Origin: Rhodobacter capsulatus SB 1003
GTDB lineage: Bacteria; Pseudomonadota; Alphaproteobacteria; Rhodobacterales; Rhodobacteraceae
Reading direction: 5' to 3'
Length of the DNA: 32,000 bases
NCBI RefSeq assembly: GCF_000021865.1
Contig: NC_014034.1
Location: 1,140,001 to 1,172,000, forward strand
The notes beneath the pieces are model-generated. The model ran no database searches. It had not been told where the DNA came from and saw only the letters and a list, made by a program, of their open reading frames with translations. Positions 5,957-14,701 of the stretch are shown in pieces (the stretch's first letter is position 1; every line of letters starts with the position of its first letter). A program made the translations under genes and the position numbers.

Positions 5957-7696
5957 TCAGCCGGTGTGCCGCCATTCCGCCGCGGAGGGATTTTCGTCCC
6001 GCCTGTTCCGGCTTGATTTCCATTCCACCGTTTCGGATGTGGCTTCGTCCAGATGGAATAGAGACATCTTGTTCATCAAGGTGTCGGATTTTTCCAGCAA
6101 TCCTGCCGCGACAACCTGATTTTCCTGCGCCATCTGCCGGTTGTCCCGGGTCAGGCGGTCCATGGCCCCCATCTGCCCGGCCAGTTCCTGCATCGCCACC
6201 GATTGCGCCGCGCATTGCGTGGTGATCCGGCCCATCTGCTCGTGCAATTCCTGCACCGCCGTCTCGACATGGCCGATGGCCTTGCCCGAATCCGTCACCC
6301 GATCGCTGGCCACCTGAATGCTTTTCTCGATCCCGCTGACAAGGCCGGTGATTTCCGTGGCGGCATCGGCGGTCTTGGTCGCAAGCGAGCGCACCTCGTT
6401 CGCGACGATGGTGAAGCCCCGGCCCGCCTCTCCGGCACGGGCGGCCTCGACGGCGGCGTTGAAGCCCAGGATGCGCGATTGCAGGGCGATCGAGTTGATC
6501 AGGCTGGTGAAGCGATGGATCTGGCCGCTGACGGTGCGAATCGCCTCCATCGCGTCCTTGACCGAGCCGACGGCCTGGCCGCTTTCGGTGACCCGCTGCA
6601 GGCTCATTTCGGCGACATGGTTGCCCGCGCTGGCGGTCTTGGCCGTGGTTTCGATCTTGCGCGCGGTCGCGTCGATCGTCTGCAGGGTCTGCGACAGCGT
6701 GTGGCTTTGTTCGTCCGAGCGGCCCTGCAGCACCTCGGCCGAGGCCGCCACCTGGCCCGAGATCTGGCTCACCTCCTGCGCTTCGGCGGAAATCGCCGTC
6801 ACGAGGCTCTTCAGCCCCGCGACCATCTGGTTGAAGTCTTCGCGCAGCGGTTCCAGCTCGATGTTGAACGGATCCTCGATCCGGGCTTCCAGCTCGCCCT
6901 GTTTCATCAGCGCGATCGCCCGGGACAGGGCGTTCAGCGCGGTTTTGCGTTCGGTCACGTCGGTGGCATAAAGCACGATCCGGTCGACGCAGCCCGCCGC
7001 ATCCATCACCGGATCGAGCGAGCCCTGAATGAAGATGTCGCGCCCGGATTTCGACCGCAGCTGCAATTCCCCGACAAAGGGCAGACCGGCATCGCGGTCG
7101 GACCAGAATTCGGCATAATCCGCATCGCTCAGGATCGCGTCATCCTGCAGCCGGCGCGCGTCTTCGCAGACGAGTTCGCTCGGGTCGTAGCCCAGTGCAT
7201 TGCAGAAAACAGCGTTGGCGGAGAGGATCATGCCCCCGGCCATGAATTCCGCGGTCAGCTGCGTGTTCTCGATCGCGGCAAGCCGGGTGCGGATGTCGAA
7301 TTCCCGCCGCTGCGCATGGCTGACGTCAAGGGCGGTGATCGTCACGCCGCGGAACGTCCCGGCGTCGCAGCGGGTCGGGGTCAGGGCGGCCTTCAGCCAG
7401 AAGTTGCGCCCGTTCGGCAGACGTATTTCAAAACGCTGGGAAAATCCCTCGCCCTCCGAAAGGCCCTGCAAACGGGATTCGGCCTCAAGCGCGAAATCGC
7501 AGTGCGGGCCGATCAGGTCCAGGAATTTTTGGCCGATGATTTCCGCCGCGTCGATCGACCATTCTTCAAGCGCATGATCCGAACAGAAATCCACGATCCC
7601 CTCTGCATTCAAATGCAGCACGAGGACGGAGGCCATGACGGAACCGATGAGACCATCGGGAAGCGGGGGCTGCGTCTGAATATCGGTCTCGGTCAT
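5957..7696 (-). CDS. soluble methyl-accepting chemotaxis protein with two N-terminal PAS domains, 579 aa
   Basis: The C-terminal half carries the highly conserved MCP signalling hairpin (SLINSIALQSRILGFNAAVEAARAGEAGRGFTIVANEVRSLA). The N-terminal half has two PAS-like repeats and no hydrophobic transmembrane segments. ATG at 7696-7694 (MTETDIQ). Confidence 0.9.
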   Translation of the reverse strand: MTETDIQTQPPLPDGLIGSVMASVLVLHLNAEGIVDFCSDHALEEWSIDAAEIIGQKFLDLIGPHCDFALEAESRLQGLSEGEGFSQRFEIRLPNGRNFWLKAALTPTRCDAGTFRGVTITALDVSHAQRREFDIRTRLAAIENTQLTAEFMAGGMILSANAVFCNALGYDPSELVCEDARRLQDDAILSDADYAEFWSDRDAGLPFVGELQLRSKSGRDIFIQGSLDPVMDAAGCVDRIVLYATDVTERKTALNALSRAIALMKQGELEARIEDPFNIELEPLREDFNQMVAGLKSLVTAISAEAQEVSQISGQVAASAEVLQGRSDEQSHTLSQTLQTIDATARKIETTAKTASAGNHVAEMSLQRVTESGQAVGSVKDAMEAIRTVSGQIHRFTSLINSIALQSRILGFNAAVEAARAGEAGRGFTIVANEVRSLATKTADAATEITGLVSGIEKSIQVASDRVTDSGKAIGHVETAVQELHEQMGRITTQCAAQSVAMQELAGQMGAMDRLTRDNRQMAQENQVVAAGLLEKSDTLMNKMSLFHLDEATSETVEWKSSRNRRDENPSAAEWRHTG

Positions 7697-7840
7697 GCGG
7701 GATACCCTTGAATCACAGCGCAAAGGGTGCGCCCGCGGGGTAAAGGTGCCGTTAAGCGGAAACAGTTTGTGCCGACAGCGTTCACGAAATCTTATCTGCG
7801 CGCTTTTAAAACCGAGACAGGTTCAGCGCAGGAGAGTGGC

Positions 7841-8539
7841 ATGCACGACGGCACGACCGATCCGCAATTTGCGACGACATCGCAGGAAATGACGGCCGGG
7901 ACGGAAACTGCGGTTTCTGCGGAGCCCGCCGCGCCGGAGGAGGATTGGCAGCACAGCCAGATCTCGGTGATCTGGAAGGGTGTCGAAACGGTGATGCGCC
8001 ACATGATCGGGCTGCTCGACAAGATCGACGCCGGGGTCGAGGGGCTGCGCGGCGTCGGCACGGAGCATGTCGGACGCGCGCTTGAGGACAATGCGCTGGC
8101 GGTGGACCGGATGCGCAAGCAGCTGCGCGAAGGCATCGCCCGGCTGGATCAGCAGCTGGTGGTGTTCTCGGCGCAAGGCCTTGCGCAGCAACAGGATCTG
8201 CGACGGCAGATGCGTGCGCTCGAAGCTCAGGTCGCGACGCTTGCGGCGACGCAGAAAGCGGCCGCGCCGGGTGCGCCCCCGGCCTGGGTCGAGGATCTGC
8301 TGACGCGGATCGAGGAGCGTCTGGCGACGCGGACGGCCGCGGCATCGCAGGAGCGGATCGCCGATCTGGAGCTGCAGGTGGCGGCCTTGCAGCGGCAGCT
8401 GTCCGAGGCGGCAAGACGCGATGTGGCGCCGCTGGGCGGGGCCGCGCAGGAGATCCGGCTGCTGCTGGCGGAGTTGATCGCCATCCAGGAACGCGACCAG
8501 AAAGAGGGCCGCGGCGGCGCGGCGCAACACGTCGCCTGA
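7841..8539 (+). CDS. hypothetical coiled-coil protein, 232 aa
   Basis: ATG at 7841 with AGGAGA upstream. Heptad-like Gln/Leu/Ala/Arg-rich sequence. Divergent from the chemoreceptor gene. Confidence 0.55.
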   Translation: MHDGTTDPQFATTSQEMTAGTETAVSAEPAAPEEDWQHSQISVIWKGVETVMRHMIGLLDKIDAGVEGLRGVGTEHVGRALEDNALAVDRMRKQLREGIARLDQQLVVFSAQGLAQQQDLRRQMRALEAQVATLAATQKAAAPGAPPAWVEDLLTRIEERLATRTAAASQERIADLELQVAALQRQLSEAARRDVAPLGGAAQEIRLLLAELIAIQERDQKEGRGGAAQHVA

Positions 8540-8667
8540 CGCCCGGGCAAGAGATCGCCCCGGGGTCGGCGGAAGCGGGGGGCGTCACGCGCGCCGGTCC
8601 GCCGCCTTGACCGGCGCAGGATCCGGCCCATATCGAAACCGCACCCCCTGCGAAAATGAGGTCCGGC

Positions 8668-9015
8668 ATGACGGCCCATGTGACGGTATGGTTCGACGGC
8701 GCCTGTCCGCTTTGCCAGCGCGAGATCGCGCTGATGCGCAGGCTTGACCGGCGCGGGGCGATCCGCTTCGTCGATCTTCGCCTCCCCGATGCCACTTGCC
8801 CGATCGACCGCGCCGCGCTGCTTGCCCGGTTTCATGCGGAGGAGAACGGCCGGCTGCTTTCGGGCGCGGCGGCCTTCGGGGCGATGTGGCGGGCCATCCC
8901 GCTTTTGCGCCCGTTCGGGCTTCTGGCGGGCTGGCCGCCCCTTGCTCCGGCCTTCGAGGTTGCCTATCGCCGCTTCCTGCATCTGCGCCCCCGCCTGCAA
9001 AAGCTGTTCCGCTAG
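8668..9015 (+). CDS. thiol-disulfide oxidoreductase, DCC family (DUF393)
   Basis: N-terminal VWFDGACPLCQREI CxxC motif and a size typical of the DCC family. The start could be 8656 or 8668. Confidence 0.75.
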   Translation: MTAHVTVWFDGACPLCQREIALMRRLDRRGAIRFVDLRLPDATCPIDRAALLARFHAEENGRLLSGAAAFGAMWRAIPLLRPFGLLAGWPPLAPAFEVAYRRFLHLRPRLQKLFR

Positions 9016-9089
9016 CTTGCGGCGGCGGCCCGGCTTTCGTCGCGCCCGAGGATGTCGTATGCAGGCAAAAAAACGCGTCAGGACAGATC

Positions 9090-9368
9090 ATGCGACTTCA
9101 TCTTGCAGCCCTTCTTGCCCTGCTGATCGCCACCGCCTGTGCGCCCGGGAACGGCGCCGTGGTCAAAGGTGCGGGGCCGGACGATCTTTTGAAGCTGCGC
9201 GCGGGGCCGGGCCTTGATCACAAGATCATCCTGGGCCTGCCCGACGGAACGCGCCTGACGCGGGGTGCCTGTGTGACCAAGGCAGGAAAAGTCTGGTGCC
9301 GGGTTTCGCTCACCGACAGGCCCGAGGTCTCGGGCTATGTTTCGGCGGAGTATCTGGCGCATCGCTGA
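9090..9368 (+). CDS. small SH3-domain lipoprotein, 92 aa
   Basis: Signal peptide with lipobox (LLALLIATAC). The bacterial SH3-like core is LKLRAGPGLDHKIILGLPDGTRL...WCRVSL...GYVSAEYL. ATG at 9090 with AGGA upstream. Confidence 0.7.
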   Translation: MRLHLAALLALLIATACAPGNGAVVKGAGPDDLLKLRAGPGLDHKIILGLPDGTRLTRGACVTKAGKVWCRVSLTDRPEVSGYVSAEYLAHR

Positions 9369-9610
9369 GGGCGCATCCGGCCCGCAACCGCAAGGCCCGT
9401 CCCCGGAGGCCGCCCGCAGCCCCGGGCGGGCCTGCCCCGGTTCCGTTCCGCTCTGCCTGCGACTCGCCACGCGCCGCCTCTGCGCGGGGGGACCGGCGGG
9501 CAGGTCACGGGAATAACGCTGCGAACGGTCCGTTTGGATCGCAGTTTCCTTTTCCCGCCATTCTCCTGCGCGGTCTGAGCCGTCAATCGGCAAACTCGAA
9601 GGAGAGACAT

Positions 9611-9865
9611 ATGGACGTCTTTGCAAAGCATGCGGTTTCGCTCGAAAGCCCCGCCGTCCGGCATTACGAGATCACGCCCAGCGATAGCACCGATCTGGCG
9701 CGGCGGCCGCGGGCGCTGCGGGTTCAGACCGGGGGGACGCTTGTGCTGCGCGACGAGACCGGCATCACCGTGACCTATACCGTCTTCGCCGGGGAAATCC
9801 TGCCGGTGCGTCCGGTGCGCGTGCTGGCGACCGGGACGACGGCGACTGCGGTGGGGTGGGAATGA
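9611..9865 (+). CDS. ghsA: gene-transfer-agent head-spike base protein (Rcc01079-type), 84 aa
   Basis: MDVFAKHAVSLESPAVRHYEITPSDSTDL...VFAGEILPVRPVRVLATGTTA matches my memory of the small spike-base family paired with the RcGTA head-spike fibre. Strong RBS (AAGGAGAGACAT-ATG). The stop overlaps the next start in an ATGA. Confidence 0.7.
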   Translation: MDVFAKHAVSLESPAVRHYEITPSDSTDLARRPRALRVQTGGTLVLRDETGITVTYTVFAGEILPVRPVRVLATGTTATAVGWE

Positions 9866-10839
9866 TCGCGCTTGGTCTTGGCCTCGGGCTTGCCGCCAAT
9901 GGCGGTCCGGCCCTCCGGCGATATGCCGTGAATGGTGTCGCCCCCGTCGCGGTGCTTGATTTCGAACGGCATTTCCTGTCGCATCCGCTTGCCCTGACAC
10001 GGGCCACGAGTGCGACCTATGCCGATGCGCTGCGGGCCGTTCAGACGGCCCCCGCCGATACGCCCCGCTATGATTACAGCACCGGTAAGCGGGCGCTGCT
10101 GCTTGAGGCATCCGCGACCAACCTGCTGCCCAACAGCGCGCAGTTCGAGGCCGCCTCCTGGGGCAAAACCCGGGCCAGCGTGCTGGCAAATGCCGCGCTG
10201 GCCCCGAATGGCACGATGACGGCCGACAAGCTTGTCGAAGATACCAGCAACAACAGCCATTTCGTCGCCCGCACCGGGACGCAGATCGCGGCGGGGACCT
10301 CCGTGACCGCCTCGATCTTCGTCAAGGCGGCCGAGCGTCGGTGGTTTGCCCTGGTGACCGCCGACAGCGCGAATGCCTTCCGCACCACCTATTTCGACCT
10401 GCAGACGGGGACGCTCGGGGTGGTGTCGCAGGGCGCGGCGGGGCATGTGGCGCAGATCGTGGCGGCGGGGAATGGCTGGTATCGCTGCAGCGTGACGCAG
10501 ACGCAGGCGGCGAGCGGCAATTTCAACTTTTACCCGAGCGTTGCCAGTGCGAATGGCGCGACCTCTTACCCGGGGGATGGCGCCTCGGGGCTTTATCTTT
10601 GGGGCGCGCAGCTGGAGGCCGGCGCCGCGGTCAGTTCGGTCATTCCGACCGAGGCCGCGGCGGTGACCCGGGCGGCGGATCTGGCCAGCGTGGCGGTGGC
10701 GGCGGGAAGCTATGATCTCCGCCGGGTCGATGCCGCGGGAACGGCCGTCACCAAGGGGGTCGCGCATCCGGGCGGGGCGCTGACGATCGGCGCCGGAAGC
10801 CTCTACCTGCTCAGCCTTTTTCCGGCCGGGGCGCTCTGA
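9862..10839 (+). CDS. ghsB: gene-transfer-agent / phage head-spike fibre protein (Rcc01080-type), 325 aa
   Basis: ATGA overlap at 9862-9865. The conserved fibre-domain pattern is TNLLPNSAQFEAASWGKTRASVLANAALAPNGTMTADKLVED...GWYRCSV...LYLWGAQLE, typical of phage/GTA carbohydrate-binding spike fibres. Confidence 0.7.
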   Translation: MIALGLGLGLAANGGPALRRYAVNGVAPVAVLDFERHFLSHPLALTRATSATYADALRAVQTAPADTPRYDYSTGKRALLLEASATNLLPNSAQFEAASWGKTRASVLANAALAPNGTMTADKLVEDTSNNSHFVARTGTQIAAGTSVTASIFVKAAERRWFALVTADSANAFRTTYFDLQTGTLGVVSQGAAGHVAQIVAAGNGWYRCSVTQTQAASGNFNFYPSVASANGATSYPGDGASGLYLWGAQLEAGAAVSSVIPTEAAAVTRAADLASVAVAAGSYDLRRVDAAGTAVTKGVAHPGGALTIGAGSLYLLSLFPAGAL

Positions 10840-10850
10840 CCGGATCGAGC

Positions 10851-10871
10851 GGGGCGTTGCGCAAACGCCCC
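10851..10871 (+). terminator. hairpin 12 nt after the ghsB stop; candidate terminator with a weak U-tract
   Basis: GGGGCGTT (10851-10858) / AACGCCCC (10864-10871) with a 5-nt loop, followed by CTTGCGGTTC. A second hairpin (GGGCCCGG...CCGGGCCC) lies at about 10940-10965. Confidence 0.45.
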
Positions 10872-11254
10872 TTGCGGTTCTGGCAGAGCGACCGGCTGGC
10901 CGCGGCGGGAGGCCCCGGCGCGCGGGTGTCTTGCACAGCAGGGCCCGGTCGCAAGGCCGGGCCCTGCGGCGGATCCGTCATGGATGCTGCCTTGTTTTGC
11001 CGGGGCACAAGTGCTAAATGGCGAGTGAATTGATTCCGCTCGCCTTCTGGCTGTATCGGGGCGTGGGCGGGGTTTCTCTTGCCCCGGTTTCGGCGTTTGC
11101 GAGCACTTTGGTATATCCTTCTCGGATCGGCTGAAAATTATGCATGTGGTGGGAATTTGATGTCCATTTCGGAACAATCGGCGCTGCACGCCCCTTGCCG
11201 CGGGCCTGAAGACACCCCCGTTCCGGGTGAGGGCGCTTCCGGCAGGGTGTCCGG

Positions 11255-12436
11255 ATGAAAGTGGTTCTGGTCTGCAACACCGACGGCGCGCTTGCCAATT
11301 TCCGCGCCCCCCTGATCCGTGCGCTGGTGGCGGCGGGGCATGAGGTCGTCACGATCAGCGGATCGGGCGGCTATATCGACACTTTGCGGGCGATGGGGGC
11401 GCGGCCGATCGTCGTCGAATTTTCCCGCCACTCCGCCGCGCCGCTGCGCAATCTTGGCCTGCTGCGCGATCTGCTGCGGCTCTTGCGGCAGGAACGCCCC
11501 GATGTGGTGCACTGCTTCACCCACAAGGCGGTGATCTTTGGCAGCCTGGCCGCGCGTCTGGCCGGGGGTTCGAAGATCGTGGCGACCGTCACCGGGCTTG
11601 GAACGCTTTTCGTGCGCGGCGATGCGAAGACACGGCTGCTGAAGACCCTGCTGGTCTGGCAGTATCGGCTGTTGCTGCGGCCCGATCAGCCGGTGCTGTT
11701 TCAGAACCCCGACGATCTGCAAGAGATGGTGTCGCTGCGCGCCGTCCGCCGGAAACAGGCGGTTCTGACCTATGGCTCGGGGATCGATCTGGCGGAATAT
11801 GCGCTGCCGGACGCGCGATCCGTGGCCGAGGCCCGGCAGCAACTGGCGCAAGAGACCGGCCAGGACATGTCGAACCGGATCATCGCCTTGTTTCCGGCGC
11901 GCGGCGTTCCGGAAAAGGGGTTCAAGGAATTCTATGCGGCGGCCCGGACCCTGTCGGAACGCTTCCCCGGTCGCTTCGCCTTCGTCCATATCGGGTTGAT
12001 CGACACCGAGGCCTCCGGCGCGCTGAGTGCCGAGGAGGTCAGGGCCAATGCGCTTGCGCAGGGGGTCCATTACCTTGGCTACAAGATCAACGCCCGCGAC
12101 TACATGACCGCCGCGGATGTCGTCGTGCTGCCGTCCTACTACCGCGAGGGCGTCCCGAGATCGCTGATCGAGGCGCTGGCGCTGGGGAAATGCCTGGTCA
12201 CCACCGACATGCCCGGCTGCCGGGAAACGCTGATCGACGGCTGGAACGGGTTTTTGTGCGGCACGCGCGATGCCGCCTCGGTTGTTTCGGCGCTGGAACG
12301 GATCGACGCGGATTTCAGAGAGACGGCGCGGCCACGGTCCCGCCAATTGTGCGAAGACCGGTTCGACGTGCGCCGGTTGAACGCCCTGACCTTCGGGCTT
12401 TACGGCCTGCCCGCGCCCGAAGCGGCGCAGGGCTGA
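11255..12436 (+). CDS. glycosyltransferase family 4 (GT-B), capsule locus gene 1
   Basis: N-terminal MKVVLVCNTDGALANFRAPLIRALVAAGHEV...VVHCFTHKAVIFGSLAA and C-terminal VVVLPSYYREGVPRSLIEALALGKCLVTTDMPGCRE (E-x7-E region) are typical of GT4 enzymes. Confidence 0.85.
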   Translation: MKVVLVCNTDGALANFRAPLIRALVAAGHEVVTISGSGGYIDTLRAMGARPIVVEFSRHSAAPLRNLGLLRDLLRLLRQERPDVVHCFTHKAVIFGSLAARLAGGSKIVATVTGLGTLFVRGDAKTRLLKTLLVWQYRLLLRPDQPVLFQNPDDLQEMVSLRAVRRKQAVLTYGSGIDLAEYALPDARSVAEARQQLAQETGQDMSNRIIALFPARGVPEKGFKEFYAAARTLSERFPGRFAFVHIGLIDTEASGALSAEEVRANALAQGVHYLGYKINARDYMTAADVVVLPSYYREGVPRSLIEALALGKCLVTTDMPGCRETLIDGWNGFLCGTRDAASVVSALERIDADFRETARPRSRQLCEDRFDVRRLNALTFGLYGLPAPEAAQG

Positions 12437-12446
12437 GGGGGCGGGC

Positions 12447-13640
12447 ATGGGCACATCCGGCAGCAGATCGACGCGGCGCTTGCGGCTGGCGATCATCGGA
12501 TCGGTCGGGGTTCCCGGTCGCTATGGCGGTTTCGAGACGCTGGTGGAAAATCTTGCCACCCTTGCGCCGGGCCTGGCGCCGGACATGGAGCTGACGATCT
12601 ATTGCAGCGCACGCGCCTATCCGCAGCGCGCGGCCAGTTTCCACGGCGCGAAGCTGCGCTATCTGCCGCTGAACGCCAATGGCGCGCAAAGCATTCCCTA
12701 TGACATCCTGTCCCTGGCCTGGGCGGTCTTGTCGCGCGTCGATGTGGTGCTGGTGCTCGGGGTTTCGGGGGCGGTGGCAATTCCGCTGTTTCGCCGTCTT
12801 GGCGGGGCCAGGATCGTGACCAATGTCGATGGCATCGAATGGAAGCGCGAAAAATGGCGCGGTCTTTCGCGCTGGATCCTGCGGCTTTCGGAACGGCTGG
12901 CGGCCCGGCATTCGCATGCGGTGATTGCCGACAACGACCATATCGCGGCGCATATCCGCGAAAGCTACGGGGTGGACTGCGAAACCATCGCCTATGGCGG
13001 CGATCATGCGCTGGCGCCCGAAGCCGATCCCGCCCGTCTTGCGGATTTGCCCGCGGGCTATGCGCTGTCGATTTGCCGGATCGAGCCGGAAAACAATGTC
13101 CGCATGATCCTCGAAGCCTTTGCGCAAAGGCCGGGGGTGCCGCTGGTGCTGATCGGCAATTGGGCGGCCAGCGATTATGGGCGCGCGCTGCGCGACAGGT
13201 TCGGAACTCTGCGGCATCTTTTCTTGCTGGATCCGATTTATGATCTGGGCCAGCTCAAGGCGATCAGAGAGCAGGCGCGGTTTTACGTGCATGGCCATTC
13301 CGCGGGCGGCACCAATCCCTCGCTGGTCGAGGCCATGCAGTTTCACGAAGACATCCTGGCCTTCGACTGCGGTTTCAACCGGGCGACGACGGAAAATGGC
13401 GCGTTGTTTTTCCAGAACTGCGATGACCTTGGGGCCTTGATCGATGCGCTGCGCGCGGGAACCCGCGGCTGCGGCGCGGGGGCGATGAAGGAAATTGCCG
13501 ATCGGCGATATGCCTGGTCCGTCGTGGCACAGCAGTATTTCCGGCTGGTGCGCCGTATGTGGGACGAAAAGCGGGCCGGGATCACCTCGGGTCCCCAAAA
13601 AGGATACCCGCGTCGCGCCGACGGGATCGAAAAGGAATGA
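12447..13640 (+). CDS. glycosyltransferase with DUF1972-type N-terminus (rhamnosyl/glycosyl transferase-like)
   Basis: [23 protein letters not shown]...[12 protein letters not shown]... is the DUF1972 signature, followed by a GT-B C-terminal half. It starts 10 nt after the previous stop. Confidence 0.8.
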   Translation: MGTSGSRSTRRLRLAIIGSVGVPGRYGGFETLVENLATLAPGLAPDMELTIYCSARAYPQRAASFHGAKLRYLPLNANGAQSIPYDILSLAWAVLSRVDVVLVLGVSGAVAIPLFRRLGGARIVTNVDGIEWKREKWRGLSRWILRLSERLAARHSHAVIADNDHIAAHIRESYGVDCETIAYGGDHALAPEADPARLADLPAGYALSICRIEPENNVRMILEAFAQRPGVPLVLIGNWAASDYGRALRDRFGTLRHLFLLDPIYDLGQLKAIREQARFYVHGHSAGGTNPSLVEAMQFHEDILAFDCGFNRATTENGALFFQNCDDLGALIDALRAGTRGCGAGAMKEIADRRYAWSVVAQQYFRLVRRMWDEKRAGITSGPQKGYPRRADGIEKE

Positions 13641-14701
13641 CCGTGCCGCATCAGGAGAATGCGCCTTTGACGGATCCGAAAACCGGGGCCGGCCGCAGGA
13701 TTTTGCTGACCGGGACCGCCGGTTTCATCGGCTTTCACCTGGCCCGGCAGCTTCTGGCCGAGGGCTGGCGGGTGCAGGGCTATGACGGGATGACGGATTA
13801 TTACGATGTCGCGCTCAAGCATGACCGGCATGCGATCTTGCGCGCGCATCCGAATTTCACCGCGACCGAGGCGATGCTGGAAGATCAGCCCCGCTTCGAT
13901 GCCGTGGCCGACGCCTTCCGCCCCGAGGTGATCGTGCATCTGGCCGCCCAGGCCGGGGTCCGCTACAGCCTGGAAAATCCGCGCGCCTATCTCGACAGCA
14001 ACGTGATCGGCACCTTCTCCGTGATCGAGGCGGCGCGGCGGCTGCAGGTGAAACATCTGCTGATCGCCTCGACCTCCTCGGTTTACGGCGCCAACCCGAA
14101 GATGCCCTTTGCCGAGACCGACAAGGCCGACACCCAGCTGACGATCTATGCGGCGACGAAAAAGGCCAATGAAAGCATGGCCCATGCCTATGCGCATCTG
14201 TGGAACCTGCCGGTGACGATGTTCCGCTTCTTCACCGTTTACGGGCCCTGGGGGCGGCCGGATCTGGCGCTTTACAAATTCGTCGATGCGATCCTCGATG
14301 ACCGGCCGATCGACATTTACAACCACGGCGAGATGTATCGCGACTTCACCTATATCGACGACCTCGTGCGCGGGATCCGGCTTCTGATCGATGCGGTGCC
14401 GGTGCGGCCCGAGGATGGTATCGTGCCCGCGGGCGACAGCCTGTCGCCGGTGGCGCCGTTCCGCATCGTCAATATCGGCAATTCCGACAAGGTGCGGCTG
14501 CTGGATTTCGTCGAGGCGATCGAGGCCTGTCTGGGCAAGACGGCGCTCCGCAATTACCTGCCGATGCAAAAGGGTGATGTGCCCGCGACCTTTGCCGATG
14601 CGACGCTGCTGCACAGCCTGACCGGCTACCGGCCGCAGACTGATTTCCGCGAGGGCATCGCCCGGTTCGTCGACTGGTATCGCGGGTATTACAAGAAATG
14701 A
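13637..14701 (+). CDS. NAD-dependent nucleotide-sugar epimerase, UDP-glucuronate 4-epimerase-like (SDR)
   Basis: GTAGFIGFH Rossmann motif, catalytic YAATK, and [12 protein letters not shown], which is characteristic of the UDP-GlcA 4-epimerase group. ATGA overlap with the upstream gene at 13637-13640. Confidence 0.9.
   Translation: MTVPHQENAPLTDPKTGAGRRILLTGTAGFIGFHLARQLLAEGWRVQGYDGMTDYYDVALKHDRHAILRAHPNFTATEAMLEDQPRFDAVADAFRPEVIVHLAAQAGVRYSLENPRAYLDSNVIGTFSVIEAARRLQVKHLLIASTSSVYGANPKMPFAETDKADTQLTIYAATKKANESMAHAYAHLWNLPVTMFRFFTVYGPWGRPDLALYKFVDAILDDRPIDIYNHGEMYRDFTYIDDLVRGIRLLIDAVPVRPEDGIVPAGDSLSPVAPFRIVNIGNSDKVRLLDFVEAIEACLGKTALRNYLPMQKGDVPATFADATLLHSLTGYRPQTDFREGIARFVDWYRGYYKK

Noticed and set aside
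6203-7711. 502-aa + strand ORF opposite the chemoreceptor gene
   Set aside because: The minus strand encodes the unmistakable MCP signalling domain. The + frame is a low-complexity Arg/Gly/Asp-rich shadow ORF.
9369-9610. Search for a CtrA box (TTAA-N7-TTAAC) or other known operator upstream of the spike genes
   Set aside because: No full or convincing half-site was found by eye. There is only an imperfect GC-rich hairpin (about 9406-9433), which probably terminates the SH3 lipoprotein gene.
7806-10767. Minus-strand ORFs 7806..8795, 8227..9000, 8585..9091, 9335..10189 and 9775..10767
   Set aside because: They are shadow ORFs opposite the coiled-coil, DCC, SH3 and spike genes. They have extreme Arg/Pro content and no start-site signals.
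11018-11134. 38-codon hydrophobic ORF in the ghsB-capsule intergenic region
   Set aside because: It has no Shine-Dalgarno sequence, its GC3 (about 62%) is well below that of neighbouring genes, and it is too short to support. It is mentioned only within the intergenic-region finding.
11565-11576. GGTTCGAAG string reminiscent of a tRNA T-loop
   Set aside because: It lies inside the GT4 coding frame, and no acceptor or anticodon stem can be built around it.
11138-14614. Minus-strand ORFs of 452, 427 and 423 aa across the glycosyltransferase and epimerase genes
   Set aside because: The + strand frames carry clear GT4, DUF1972 and SDR motifs. The antisense frames are Arg/Pro/Gly-rich artefacts.
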